A DNA stretch of 64,000 nt from Lobosporangium transversale. Its lineage: Eukaryota. Positions within the stretch are counted from its first letter, which is position 1, and each line of letters starts with the position of its first letter. The notes under the pieces were generated by a model, which was not told where the DNA came from, did not search any database, and worked only from the letters and a program-made list of their open reading frames with translations. Below are positions 24,152-36,606 of this stretch, piece by piece. The DNA lies in the NCBI RefSeq assembly GCF_002105155.1, contig NW_019029012.1, positions 310,001-374,000 on the forward strand. Reading direction: 5' to 3'. Position numbers and translations under genes: made by a program.

Positions 24152-25600
24152 AGAAAAAAGAGTGATAGTCAGTTTGAGATTTACATTCAACACGACCAAC
24201 GCTAACACTTCCAATACTCATGGTAGACTAACGGATGATGAAAAGAAGTCAGTCAGCCAGTCAGCCAGTCAGTCAGAATAGGTCAGACAAAGACACATGG
24301 ACATCCCATCCGTCCACACGCTTGCTTACTATATTTCTAACCTCTTTTGTCCTGTGCTCCAGTTGCAGGCCAAAATCACACAAAGCAACATTCCGCATCA
24401 GTGCACACAATCAGTCATGAGTTGTTAAAGAAAAAAGAAAGAGCCTGCCTCCAACAATGGCTTTTTTCTTGTTGATTGGTCTCGAATTGATGCGGCTATG
24501 TCCTCTCTCAACTGTCCTTGTTTGTACCCTGTTTACACCATGTGGCATCCATTCTCTCTAATCAATTTCAATTTCAACAAGAATAAGACCAGGATATTGA
24601 TTATGCGGACTGACTTGTTGCCTGGATCGATGGTTCATTATCATGATTACCATGGTTTATGTATACATTTGTTTTTTAACAAAAGATCAAGAGCATGATC
24701 GAGGAAGCAAGGCCTGGGACCAGAGTAGTGTCTCCAGCCTTTTGAATATGCAGTCCAAATCTACTGTATACATTTACTGCACTCCTGCTTCCAAATGATC
24801 CGAGTTAGGTCCTTCACTTTGCGTTGCCACGCACACAGTTAGCACGGGCGGGATGTTTTTTTTTCAGCCATCCCGTAATATTTCCAGGGTTCTTTTCTGT
24901 GAATCTGTTGAAGGAGAGCTAAAAAAAAAAAAAATGCTCTCCTTTCGCCAAAACCCTTGCCTTTTCGGCTACCTCTGGCGCCTAGATCCTGTGCTGGTAT
25001 ATACTATCCATCCCTTCTGCTACTTTCTGTCACTAGGTCGATCTTTGTTCATGGGGTTCACATAAATATGTTTAGACTTGTTTTGACATGAATATTTTTT
25101 TTTTCTTTATTTGTCTGAAACTATTTCCATGTTTACGCTCTAACTCCTCGTTCACCCACTGAAAGAGATCAATAGTACGCATCCAAAATATTACAATCAA
25201 GTCGAAGCACCAATAAAAAAAACTTTTTGATTCCTGAGCATACACTAATCTAATCAAATCTTACTACTTCCATGCTCATTGAAAGGAAGAGAGGATTTAC
25301 GCTGTTAATGGTTAGTTCGCTTGCAGCAAAAAGAAGTTCAAGATCGTACTATGGACATACGCACAGCCAAAGATTTGTTTTATCGAGAGACAGTAAAGAA
25401 AAAAATACAATCTCATAAAATACTGTACATTCCTGATCATAGAGCCGACATTGCAATTCCAATGAGGCTATCTACATGTACAGCTCTTTTTTCTTTCTTT
25501 CTGCAGCGTGGGAGCAGAAAACTAAATCTCCTGTGTATTTTTATTCTTTTCTGTGATAAAGGAAAAAAGGAAAAAAGGAAAAGAAAAAAAGTTCAAATTG

Positions 25601-25632
<32 letters not shown>

Positions 25633-25638
25633 TCCCAT

Positions 25639-27244
25639 TTAAACCATCATCATCTGAACCATAAACACAATCAATAACAACTCTGTAAAATAAACCATCT
25701 TCTGGCTCTGATCGCCAAACGATAGTAGTAGCGATGCTGATGAAGTGTGCGATGACGAGGTTAATTCGACTGTAGAATTGGTCCTATCCTCGTCATTATT
25801 CGATTCTTTGGAGTCATTAGCAGTCAGTGATAGGAGCTCGACGCTAGTTGGGGCTGTACGTGGCATTTTAAATGCGCATGAATAAAAAAAAAAAAAGTTT
25901 GGGACGAGATGAGAGCAAATGCAATATTTATGATTGTTAGTAAACACATTGGACAAGTACACAGATGTATTTATGGAGTGGACAGTAGTAAGTCAAGTAT
26001 TTCAAAAGAACTTGCATGATCCGCTTGCGCGACTTTCACCCGTCTTATGATCTACTCCGGTCTTGAGTTTACCCTTGGTAATGTCTTCAATGTACCCTTC
26101 CATCTTGTTTTGTAGCTCCTTCGTAAACACATTCGAAGCCTCATGCACTGGTGCCAATTTAATGGCACTCTGCGCTGCATCAGCATTCACACCGAAGAAA
26201 ACCGTCGATCCACCTGTTAAGTTGGCCCGTAACACACTCTGCATCACAGATCGCACAAGGACCCTGTAATCAGTCTGAATCGATGTCAAGATATGCTCGC
26301 TACCGGGGACAGACCCATACGCCCAGTTCGTAACCCATTCATCCGATCCAGATCCGATCCCATAGACCCCTTGCTGCACTGTCAGATTCTTGAGCGTCGT
26401 GGTTCCAAAAATCGAGGCTGCATTAAACACCACACTCACTTTACGCGATTTGAACGCCTGGGACACAGAGGTCGATGTCTTTGGATCTGCATCAAAGGTC
26501 CCTGCATAGATACCATAGGCACGACAGGTTGAACACGAAGCCTTAACGCCGTTACCGAACCCGTTCACTTGGCGGCGCACACTAGGCTGGTCTATTCCTC
26601 CAATGACTTTTGAAATCGATACATCACTTAGTAACCAAGTAGAGCTATCTATTCATCTATTCTCCCTTGAAAATGCCATCGTATCGTATCATATCATCAG
26701 ACTTACCTGCGACTTTTCCTCCCCGTGTCTTGGCTACTTCACCTGCCAAGAGACCGGCCAAATAACCGATCTGATCCTCTGAATACATCACACTCACAAT
26801 GTTCGCCACTGGCGGTGTAAACTCGAAATCTGCGATTGCAAACAACTTCTGGCCATTTGTATTCGCTGCAGCTTGAATGGCCTTTGAGGGGAAATACCCA
26901 AGAGCCATCATAAAATCATTCTCCTTCGCCTTGGGAGGAATCAAGCTCGAATAAGCTTGCAGCGTCTCTGACGCAGGTGTGAACGTGTGCAACGTACAGG
27001 TTTTGTATTGATAACCTGCATTCGTAGGCAAGTTCCCGATACATGCCTCCTTAGCCCCCTGGAGTGCCATCGCGTTACTCGTCCCTTCCTTAGTCCCATC
27101 CGGACCACCTTGCAAAACAAGGGCCATATTGACGTTACTGTTGCTGTTGGTCTGAAGCGCTAAAGCCCCAGTAATGCAGTGTAGTGACAGCAGAAGAATC
27201 ACAGCTGCAGCATGGACATCTACTTGGAAGAAGTTGGAGTACAT
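25639..27244 (-). CDS. BMP/PnrA-family (basic membrane protein) substrate-binding protein with signal peptide and probable GPI-anchor tail; exons 27244-26707, 26606-26016, 25853-25639 (447 aa)
   Basis: FAIADF, YSEDQIGYLAGLLAG, KVAVIGGIDQPSVRRQVNGFGNGVK, YAGTF, VVFNAAS, YGIGSGSD and ILTSIQTDY match the BMP pattern. Hydrophobic N-terminal signal. The third exon is S/T-rich with a hydrophobic C-terminus and joins in frame through a GC-AG intron. Confidence 0.82.
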
Positions 27245-27642
27245 CGAAGAAAAGTATGTATAAAATTGACCTTTAACCAGAAGTTTAGCTGAGAAATATG
27301 AAAGAATTTGTAAGAAAGAAACAGAACAATAAGCAAAATCAGCAAGCTTGTGGAGGAGAAAAGGCAAAGATGGATGAGTCTTTTGACATAAAGAAGATTG
27401 TCTACAACTAAGCATCCTTTATTGATCATGTTCCCATCAATGTCGTAAACCACCGACTTCGTGGTCTTATGAACTGGAGCAAACGTCTCCAAAATCACCC
27501 ACCATCAACTAGGATCAATAACAGAAAATCGACCATCAAGCTATATTTATTGAGCAAGCGTGTCGATCAATTTTGATTGTGAAGACATGTTATTATTAGA
27601 TGAGATTGCTATTCTCATAGGAATTCGCGCATGTCACCAAAT

Positions 27643-27677
<35 letters not shown>

Positions 27678-27750
27678 AAAAAGAAAAAAAGAAAAAAAAA
27701 AAGAAAAAAAAAGGGAAAAAAAAAATAGCTACGAGATATTTAATTATAGT

Positions 27751-30700
27751 TTATCGTGCTCGGGCACCCCGCAGGCCATGCAAGAAGATTGGGCCTTCGT
27801 CATCCTTGGAAACACCTGTATTCACGTGTGTTACAATGTTATCACTCCATCGATGATCATTTGTAGCTGCCAGCGCTGATGGAGTTCCTATTCCTTGACT
27901 ACCGCCGTTAAGCTGACTGATGTCATTACTTACACTGGCCTGACTAGCTTGATTTGAATTATATACATTTTGCACGTGGTGGCCAGCTCCGTATCCACTC
28001 CTTCTATTGTCTTGACCTTCATCAATGCTGTAACTAGAACGGTGCTGATATTTCCCACTGTCCACTCCATCTTCTCGCCTTCCGTATCCTGCCATTTCGT
28101 CATTTGATCGGTGTCGTTGATGATGAGATGACTGCTGTGTTTGTTGGGTGTTTGATGGTGACGAGTAAGGATGAGAGTTGTAGAGGTGAGGATATTTTGT
28201 AGAAGACGCAGTCTGCGCAGGCGAAGAGTGTCTCGAACTTGAATTCGCCCGTGTTTCATCCGCACTGACTCTTCTCGGACTGTTACTCTCATGATTCAAA
28301 TGAACGTTACCTCCATAGATACTAGGCAGTTGATCAGCTGCCCATCCACGATTGGCTCGGTCTTGACTACCATTTATGAACAAATCTGAGGGCCACGCTG
28401 CAGTCGAGCCACCAAACGAAGGCGCGATAGCTGCATTAGACCTCGACCCTATGTTGGTCGAAGTGGCCATGGATCCGCTGGATGGTGGCCGTGAAATACC
28501 TGGATAATAATCTGGGCCAGGTGAGTTCGTTGATCTGTGAGCTGAATGATGGTGCTGATGAGGAGATGAGTTGTTATACGGGTGTTGAAGTGGAGGAGAC
28601 ATAGTGGAGCTTCGTGCACTGCGGCTACCTTGGTGGTGTGGTGAGAGATGAGGTGGCGCAAATACTGATTGAGCTGAGGATATAGGTGGCCCGGATGAAG
28701 ATTGATTACCACCGTCATAATAGGCCATACTAACAGGCCGGCTCAAAGTATGTTCTCGCCGTGATCGTAGTATTCCATCATCAATTTCCGTTTGATGCTC
28801 GCCAGCCCCTCGCCGATCAAGATCATGAAATGCTGGAATGGGGGTCGGAGATGAGGTCGAACGTCTAGGCGCATCTGGTGAGGGAATGGTAGAGGACGAT
28901 CCTCTTTCTGAGCTTGCGTTTGAGTGAATGTCCAGTCTTGCTATCCTTTGTCTAGCCTCATACGCCATGCTGTTTGGGCTTTCACTGTCTCCAGTGTCTA
29001 TAATACATTTCATATACATTGATTTGTTAGAAAGATGGTTCGTTATGCGTTAATGATGGCACCCTTTTTTTTTTTTTTTTTTTTTTAATTAAAAAAAAAG
29101 GAAGAAAAAAAGTTAAACGGTGAGTCCGGCTTACCATCAAACTGCCGCTTTCGCCTAGGGTTCAATAGTGCGTTCATAAATACATCCTCACCAGATTCCC
29201 ATACGGGTCCTACCCTAGATACCGGCGGTGTAATAGGGCCTGATTGAAGAGGCTCTGTTTGAGCCATTCGAGTAGAAATGATAGGAGATGATTCCGAGGA
29301 TGCAGCACGTGATGCATTGGTAGAACTTAATATACTGTGAAGTTCAAGAGGTGCTGGTGTAACGCCTGTTTCGGTGGGTGTGGGCTTGTCAAAAATTTCA
29401 GTCTTGACAGAAGGCGGTTCCCCCGGTACCATTACATGTGCTGCTGCCGCCATATTCTGTAGGGAATTTGCCGCATCCTTCATAATAGAGTCGCCTTCTG
29501 TATCAATTGCTGTTGGCTCATCTTCTTCGCTATCGGAGATCAGATCTATGACCTCAGTTGCTGGCTTTGATGGTTTTGCTGGTGGGGCAGCTGATGCACT
29601 GTCTTCATTGTCGTCCGAATCATCCTCATCAATAATGAACACGCTATCCCCTGTAGGGGTTTTCTTTTTGGGAGATGGTGCGGCAGCTTGTTCAGTTTGA
29701 GATGGCGCTGATGGAATTTCCCATGATCCATCTGCTTGGACAGTGATATTTTCTAAATCTTTCGGCGTTGAGTTGAGGATATTTTTGAAATAGCTAAGAA
29801 TGTAAATAAGCATAATACATTAGTTAGCAAGGCCTGCCAGATACGGAGCTATATTAAAACTGCCATATGGGCTTTGAACAAACGTACCCATCTACAACAA
29901 TTTCCTCCCACGAGTGCATGACTCTGCTGCATACTGGACATGTCCACGTAGGTGTTTGCTCATTGAGATTGAAAAACGTGTAGGCATCAAAACACTGTAA
30001 ATGTTGACAGTATGAGGAACGACATGGAATCTTGATTCGTTGAAACCCAAGCTATTTAGAATCATAAAGGACAACGTATCTGTAAGACAAATAAAGTGAC
30101 ATCATCGATGATACAGATCATTGCGTTCCTTCTTTGCACGACTTACAGGACACTTAAGGGATAGCGTGCTAGATGTTGCCATGATATCGTCATCCTTGTT
30201 CCTGTCTTCAACTATAAATGTTTTCATAAGTGAGTGGACTTTAGTGTCTTTTGCCAATATGCTGATATCCTTTATGGCTGCCACAACAAAACGATACTTA
30301 CTCATTCGCAACATTTTCTCTTTACTCAAAAACTTTCCGCGCTCAATTTCCGCCACGATCGATTCAACAGATGTTTTCTTTACGAGATGAGTTGACACAT
30401 AATATCTCTATGAATTTCGGATATATTAAATGAGAAAAATTAGACTTGTACTATAAATTATGAAATGGGGAGGTTGGACCAAGTTTTGGCTACGTATGCT
30501 CATACCTTGGTGGAGTTTGCATAAATGAATTCAACCTTGTTGTAGTCTGCCGCTTCTAGACGACATAGTTTTGTGATATTGGCTGGTGATACCGTGCCAG
30601 GCTTATTTTTCATTCCACGAAGGTTCTAGAGATAATTAATGATAACATTTAAATATGAACATCAGGATCTCTTCCAATGTGTATGTGATTCATACTTTTG

Positions 30701-31130
30701 GAATAAGGTATAAGGGCATATCCAAGCTCACTTACTGCTTCCAAGACTCTGCCGTTAACCTTAATTTCACAGACATGAGGAAACTCCATTAACACAGGTG
30801 AACTTGGGCCATCCGCCCATCCAGAAAATACCATGAGTTGATATTCCGGATCCCTATTGATTGTAGCAGTAATGATATGCTAAGACGTTAATATATTTTT
30901 CATTGTAGATCCTGAGTACGCTCTCCTTTAATTTTTGTGAAAAGCAATGGCACGTCATTAAAAATAACACTCCTTCTTTACTTTTTAAGCTGAATGGATA
31001 ACATAGGTGCGACTGTAAAAGACAGCGTGACTGAAAGTGTGCGATCCTTAGCCTCTAATGAAAGAAAAAAATGATCCAGACCCAGCCGAAGAGATATAAC
31101 GCTGAATTAAAATCGATTTTGCAACATCCG

Positions 31131-31163
<33 letters not shown>

Positions 31164-32303
31164 AAGACCATCTAATTTTGGTTCACAACTTAACGTCAAC
31201 AAGAGCATTTTATGAAAAATGGTTATGAATTTACCAATACAGAGCCGAGGTGGGGTCAAAGTTTGAATGTCTCTGTAAAAGGGGCTGGATTTAAAGATTT
31301 GTGCAGGCGGATGTGATTGGCGATGTTGAATATGATGCTGCGTGGCAGAATGATGTGTTTGGTGTTGGCTCCTCTGCATATTCATGTTACCATTTTGTGA
31401 TTGAATAGGAGGATAGCCGGCTCCTGTCTTTGAACCGAGCATTGATGATGAACTCGATGTTGATCCAGAAGATAGTCTATACACGTTGGTGCTACTACTC
31501 CCGATATTGTTACTACTATGAGGATGGTGCAATGCAACGGACGGCGTTGTGATAGATACGTCCCTATTGAATAGGTGAATCAAGTAAGAAGTGCATGAGT
31601 ATAATCATCGAATCTGAAGATGCCGATGCATGTAATAGCAATAGAGAATAGCGATAACGATTGGTGACGAGAAGGAACACATGAAATATGTTTCATTGCT
31701 AAATGAAGCATGAATGCATGATTCCCGAAAAGTAAAAAAAAAGGAAATGAGTCTAATGCTGGCTTTACATACCCCTGGTTGAATGCAGCGACACAGTGAC
31801 GAATCTGTCGAATTACAGCTTGGTCACCAAGTTGATGGTATTGAGTAATGAATCCTACGACTCTATTAATTAAATCCGACTTGTTGCCACTGAGTTTGAG
31901 TTGAGGCGCCGGGCGGATAGTTTCGTTCAGTGTTTTGATGAGAGCCTTTAATTGAGTAACAAGGAGGGACGGAATGATTCGCCCAGTGATGGTCTAGTTG
32001 CAAAAAAACAAAAAACAAAATACAAAAAAAAAAAAATACCCAGACAGACAAAATATTAAAAAGAAGTATGAACATTCAGTTCTCCTATCCTTCCTTTCTT
32101 TTCTTTTTTGTTATTTTTTTAGCATGGGCAAAGTCATTGCATGTGCTGATGCATTGCTGGTGAGGGCAGTCCTTGTTTGCTTTTTTTTTTTTTTTTTTTT
32201 TTTTTTTGTTTGTGTGTTCTTTTGACGCGAGAGAAACTCTGGTTCCAGGACAGAAGAGGGGAGGAGTAAATTCAGTTTGTATGCTTACCGAGAGGTCTTC
32301 CAT
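27751..32303 (-). CDS. SIZ1: SIZ/PIAS-family SUMO E3 ligase (SAP-like, PINIT and SP-RING domains), multi-exon
   Basis: LKLSGNKSDLINRV (SAP-like), FKSSPFY, MEFPHVCEIKVN, LRGMKNKPGTVSPANIT and SLKCP|LGFQRIKIPCRSSYCQHLQCFDA..TPTWTCPVC (SP-RING), plus SIM-like VIDLISDSEED. Confidence 0.93.
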
Positions 32304-32592
32304 TGGGGCACTAGATGTGCGATGTATTTATGATAGGATGAATGAATAGTAGCTGCGTAGGTTCCTCTGTGAATGGGAAGGTCAATGGTAAAAGAGATGT
32401 AAGGATCGAAGCGTTGACGACGATGTAAAGTGTGTGAGCGACAGACGGAGAGAGAGAGGCGGAGAAAAAGGAAAGAAAATTTTGCCCAAAGAGGTAAAGA
32501 GTTTTTCGATCATACCACTTGATTCGACATGTACTAGGTCAACTCAACCTGACGGGTCAAATGAGTGTGTATCACTTTGCTTTATTACTGGT

Positions 32593-33005
32593 CTAATCAC
32601 TATCATCAAAAACAATCTTGTTGCTCTTGGACCCGGATAAAGCTGCCGCCATCGCTGCCTTCTCAGTTTGCTTGGCAATCCATGAAGGATGCAGTGTAGG
32701 GTCATTAAGATCTGGTCCCGAGGGAGTCTGTGTTATTGGCTTGGCTACCGAACCATCACCAATCGCACGTCGATTCGCTAGTTTCTTTGCGTTAGCAGAC
32801 GATGCATCCTTGGCCTTGAATTGTTCCTTCTTTGCCTTGCGTGCGGCCTTTCGTTCTTCTCGCAAACGAGCTTCTTCTTCTGCTTTCTTGACATGGTTGG
32901 CTTCTTTACCATACTTACGTTCCGCTTTACTAATATTCAAGTGAAAAGTGAAGCAAATGACGAATAGAATGAGTCATCAGAAAAAGAATACTACCCCTTT
33001 CCTCT

Positions 33006-33046
<41 letters not shown>

Positions 33047-33431
33047 AGAGAGCATATACAAATGAATATAATACAAGAAGTGCTTACAGTCGACGTGCTC
33101 GCTGACCGGGTCGATTCTTTTTGGTCTTGCCATAAATTTCATCAAATTTGTCATCGACCCAGTCGTTTTTATCCTTTTTGTCTTTTTTCTTCTTCTTCGA
33201 GTCACCGGCATTCAAAGAGCCGATAAACATGGATGTTGCCGTAGTAGCTTTTCCGTTCATAGGTAACGGCAGACCATCCGAGTCGTATCCGTCATTATGT
33301 TCACCGTCACTGATATGTGACATGTCAACAGATTCATTATCACTTTCGTCTCCATCTTCGTCACTGTCATTGCTCTTGTGTCTATATTCCTTGATGTCTT
33401 TACTTGTCCTCGCTTTCTTGCTCTTCTGTAG

Positions 33432-33477
<46 letters not shown>

Positions 33478-34978
33478 GAGATATTTTAGATGCAATCCTT
33501 TTTATAAAGCAACTCAGATGATGGTAATATCGACAAAAGGACAGTGTTCTGGATTTGACTCCGACGTATCAAACGTATTACCTCAGCCTCAGTATTATCA
33601 GTATTGCCATCGATACCCATTTTCCGTTTCTTTGCCAGTTCATTATGATCCACTCTCTTTCCAGTGGCAATATGCTCGAGTTCGTCCCACAATTTTGTCA
33701 TGTGCTCTTTTACAGTTTTTGTATTTGTCAGACGTGCCTCAATGATCTGAACAAGTGATTCCTTCATAGTTGAATTATTGTTTTCTAAAGAGTCAGTTTT
33801 GGGTTTCTCGCTCTGCTGATTCTTTTCAACCTTGGAGCTGATATTGGCGTCTTCAATTTCGATGTAGGGCTTCATCAGTGCATGTGACCCAAGTATTGGG
33901 TGTTTCTTTAACTTGGCAACAAATGCATGCTCTGATAATGAGTCCATATTCATGTTCTATAATATAACAATATGTTTTCAGTCTGTTTTTGCTCTTGGAG
34001 CTGCATACTTATCAATCTCTGTAATAAAAAAAAAACATCCTGGCTCATGTAACAAACCTTGACCAATTCGAGTTCCTGTTCAAACTTTGGAATATCATCC
34101 TTTGTTAACTCTTTCTTTTTACTTTGCTTGGTCTCTTCTGGCGATTCCTCCTTGTGGCCATTCGATTCACTCTTGCTCCTTCATTTAGTTGAATAGAAAG
34201 TGTTTAAATAGATGATTCATATGTAATTAACAGGAGAGAGGGAAAAAAAAAAAAGTAAACATACTCTATTGCTTTCCTGGCCTCCTTCAACCGCTTATGA
34301 AGTCTCTGAATCTCAAATGATTTTGCTTTGACGAATGCTCTCCTGATCTCTTTTTTTGCTTGATACTGTTATGTTATCCATAATTACCATAGAACGAAGA
34401 TGTTCGTGATATGATTCATTCGTTAGATGGAACTCTCACTTGAAATAAAAACAAGACAAATAGAAAGAAAAAAAAAAAAAAAAAAGTAAAATCATTCCAC
34501 ATACAATCTTTTGACTAATTTTGACCTCTTTCAATTTGAGTAATTTCTCTGCAATTGCTTTTGCCTCCTCAGATCCTTCCTCGGGCGTCGTTGCTGTTGT
34601 TGTTCCTGTCCCTGTCCCTGTACCTGATCCAGATCCTGTTCTTGCTGTTGTTGAAGTCGATGCATTCTCTTTTTTTCGTTCAGCTTCAATGGCCTTCTGT
34701 GCTCTTCTTAACGTTGTTTCTCCAATCTGAGCTTGGAGTTTACTAATTTCCCAATTGAGATTCTCCTTCTTCTTACCACTCTTGTGGTCTGCCTTAATAT
34801 TTGTCTATTTGAATATGAATTTATTTAGAGAATATCTTGTCCATGTCAGAACTTTCAACAGTTTTTTTTTTTTTTATTTTTTTATTTTTCTAAAGTCATT
34901 GAAGCTTCTTTTTTTTCTTTTCTTTTTTTTTTTTGCTTCAAGTCTTTCCACCACTACCATCCTTGACTGTCTTACCAT
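32593..34978 (-). CDS. BUD22: Bud22/SRFBP1-like ribosome biogenesis protein, multi-exon (first coding exon appears to be the ATG alone)
   Basis: C-terminal KKNRPGQRARRL, KYGKEANH, LHPSWIAK and KIVFDDSD are Bud22/SRFBP1 motifs; N-terminal KAKSFEIQRL-type segment. Confidence 0.85.
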
Positions 34979-35240
34979 GGTAATTTTTTTATTCTTTCCA
35001 ATTAGTACAATAAAGCATGCAAGCGCCAATGCAAAATTGACTTTAGGAATTGTACATGTTTTAAAAAAAAGAAAAAACAAACAAACAAACAAAAAGATGC
35101 GTGACTGGGTTATTCCTCTGAATTATGGTATTCTTTCAAATCAGTCTTTCTGTAAAATATGGTGTCAAGAATAAAAGTCTTTATGCTGATAAAGATACAC
35201 TAATCTATCCAATCTACACCTGAAAAACCGTACAAATAGT

Positions 35241-36373
35241 CTATTTCTTACGACCCGCAGCCTTGGCTGCAGCGGCCTCCTCTCTTGCTAATAACATTTT
35301 TTTTTAAAAAAAAAAAAGCATATCAGTGTCATATTCACTTGGTAGGACAAGAACATGCATAAGTTGAACAATAAATAACAAAACGAATCATAATAAAAAA
35401 CCGCAGTAATTTTTTTTACCTTTTGCCTCGGCAAGACGCTGTGCGGCTGCCTCCTCACGCTTCTGACGAATAACTGCCAAACGAGCCATGTCGGCCTTGG
35501 CCTGGTCCGTCTTACCCTCCTGATGTAATTTCCAGTATCTCTGTTCAGCAGCCTCCTTTGCTGCAGCCTCCCTATTTCATAAAAAAAAAAAAAAAAACCA
35601 CAGTACAATGATTTATGAGTCAGATAGGAGAAAGTGGATAGATCAGCCCTAGCCCAGCCCAAGTTTAAACTAAAAAAAAAAAAAGAAACAAACACCTCTA
35701 GATAGAGGATTCAAAACGACAAGAGAAAAGAAAAAGGCTATGGTGTTAACCATTTACCTCTCCTTGCGAGACATTTCAACAGGCGTAGCAAGGTCCGATG
35801 CCTTCATGACTCTGTTTCCAGCGGAGCGGTTAGGATTTGCAACGTCGATGACTGGAGCAGCGCTCTTCTTAGCAGGTTTCTATGAGTTAACATGTCAAGC
35901 CTCCTTTCATTAGTGGACCGATAGTCTTAGAGTAACACCATAACATAGGATAAGATACAAACCTGGGACTTACAGCGGCAACCTCCTCCTCTCCAGATTC
36001 CGACTCGGACTCAGACTCGGATTCGGTGGTGGCCTCCGATTCAGAAGTGTCCTCTTCGGATTCCTCTTTGTCACGATACTAAAGAGTTCATTTGCATATT
36101 AAAAGGGTAAGACAGGGAAGGGAGTGAGTAAAAACTTATTTGGCCAAACGTTGCCCATTGGGGATTTGTAGCAAGCGAAGGGGTTTGTTCGTGGTTGATT
36201 CAAAAAGAGGATCTCTTGTTGACAAGAATGAAGTGGGATGCAGAAGAAGAGGAAGAAGAAGAGGAAGAAAAAAAAAGAAGAGTTCTTACAGAGTTTGTAT
36301 GAACAGCTTCAATGCGACGACTGAAGGTCCTGCCGCCTCCACGCTGAGGCTTCTTGAACTTTCCTCCGGCCAT
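35241..36373 (-). CDS. PDAP1/HASPP28 (casein kinase substrate phosphoprotein PP28) family protein, multi-exon
   Basis: [18 protein letters not shown] start, acidic S/E segment, [49 protein letters not shown]. Confidence 0.88.
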
Positions 36374-36451
36374 GGTGATTGGGATGAGAATGGGTTGTGG
36401 ATGGTAGGATGTAAAGAGATGGCTCTGCACTTTGACAAAGAAAATTTTATC

Positions 36452-36482
<31 letters not shown>

Positions 36483-36606
36483 TGTCTACTGCGTATCTGC
36501 TGCGTACAAAAATCCGCAATTTCTGTTGTTTGGTCATTCCTCCTTTTTTTGTCTTAGTTACTTAGTCTTATGTAGCAATTTTTTTTAAAACAAGCCGTGT
36601 CTTTTA

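Noticed and set aside
26002..26015. Stop at 26002 as the true end of the BMP gene
   Set aside because: Not preferred: a phase-matched GC-AG intron leads to a GPI-like exon. Kept only as a possible unspliced isoform.
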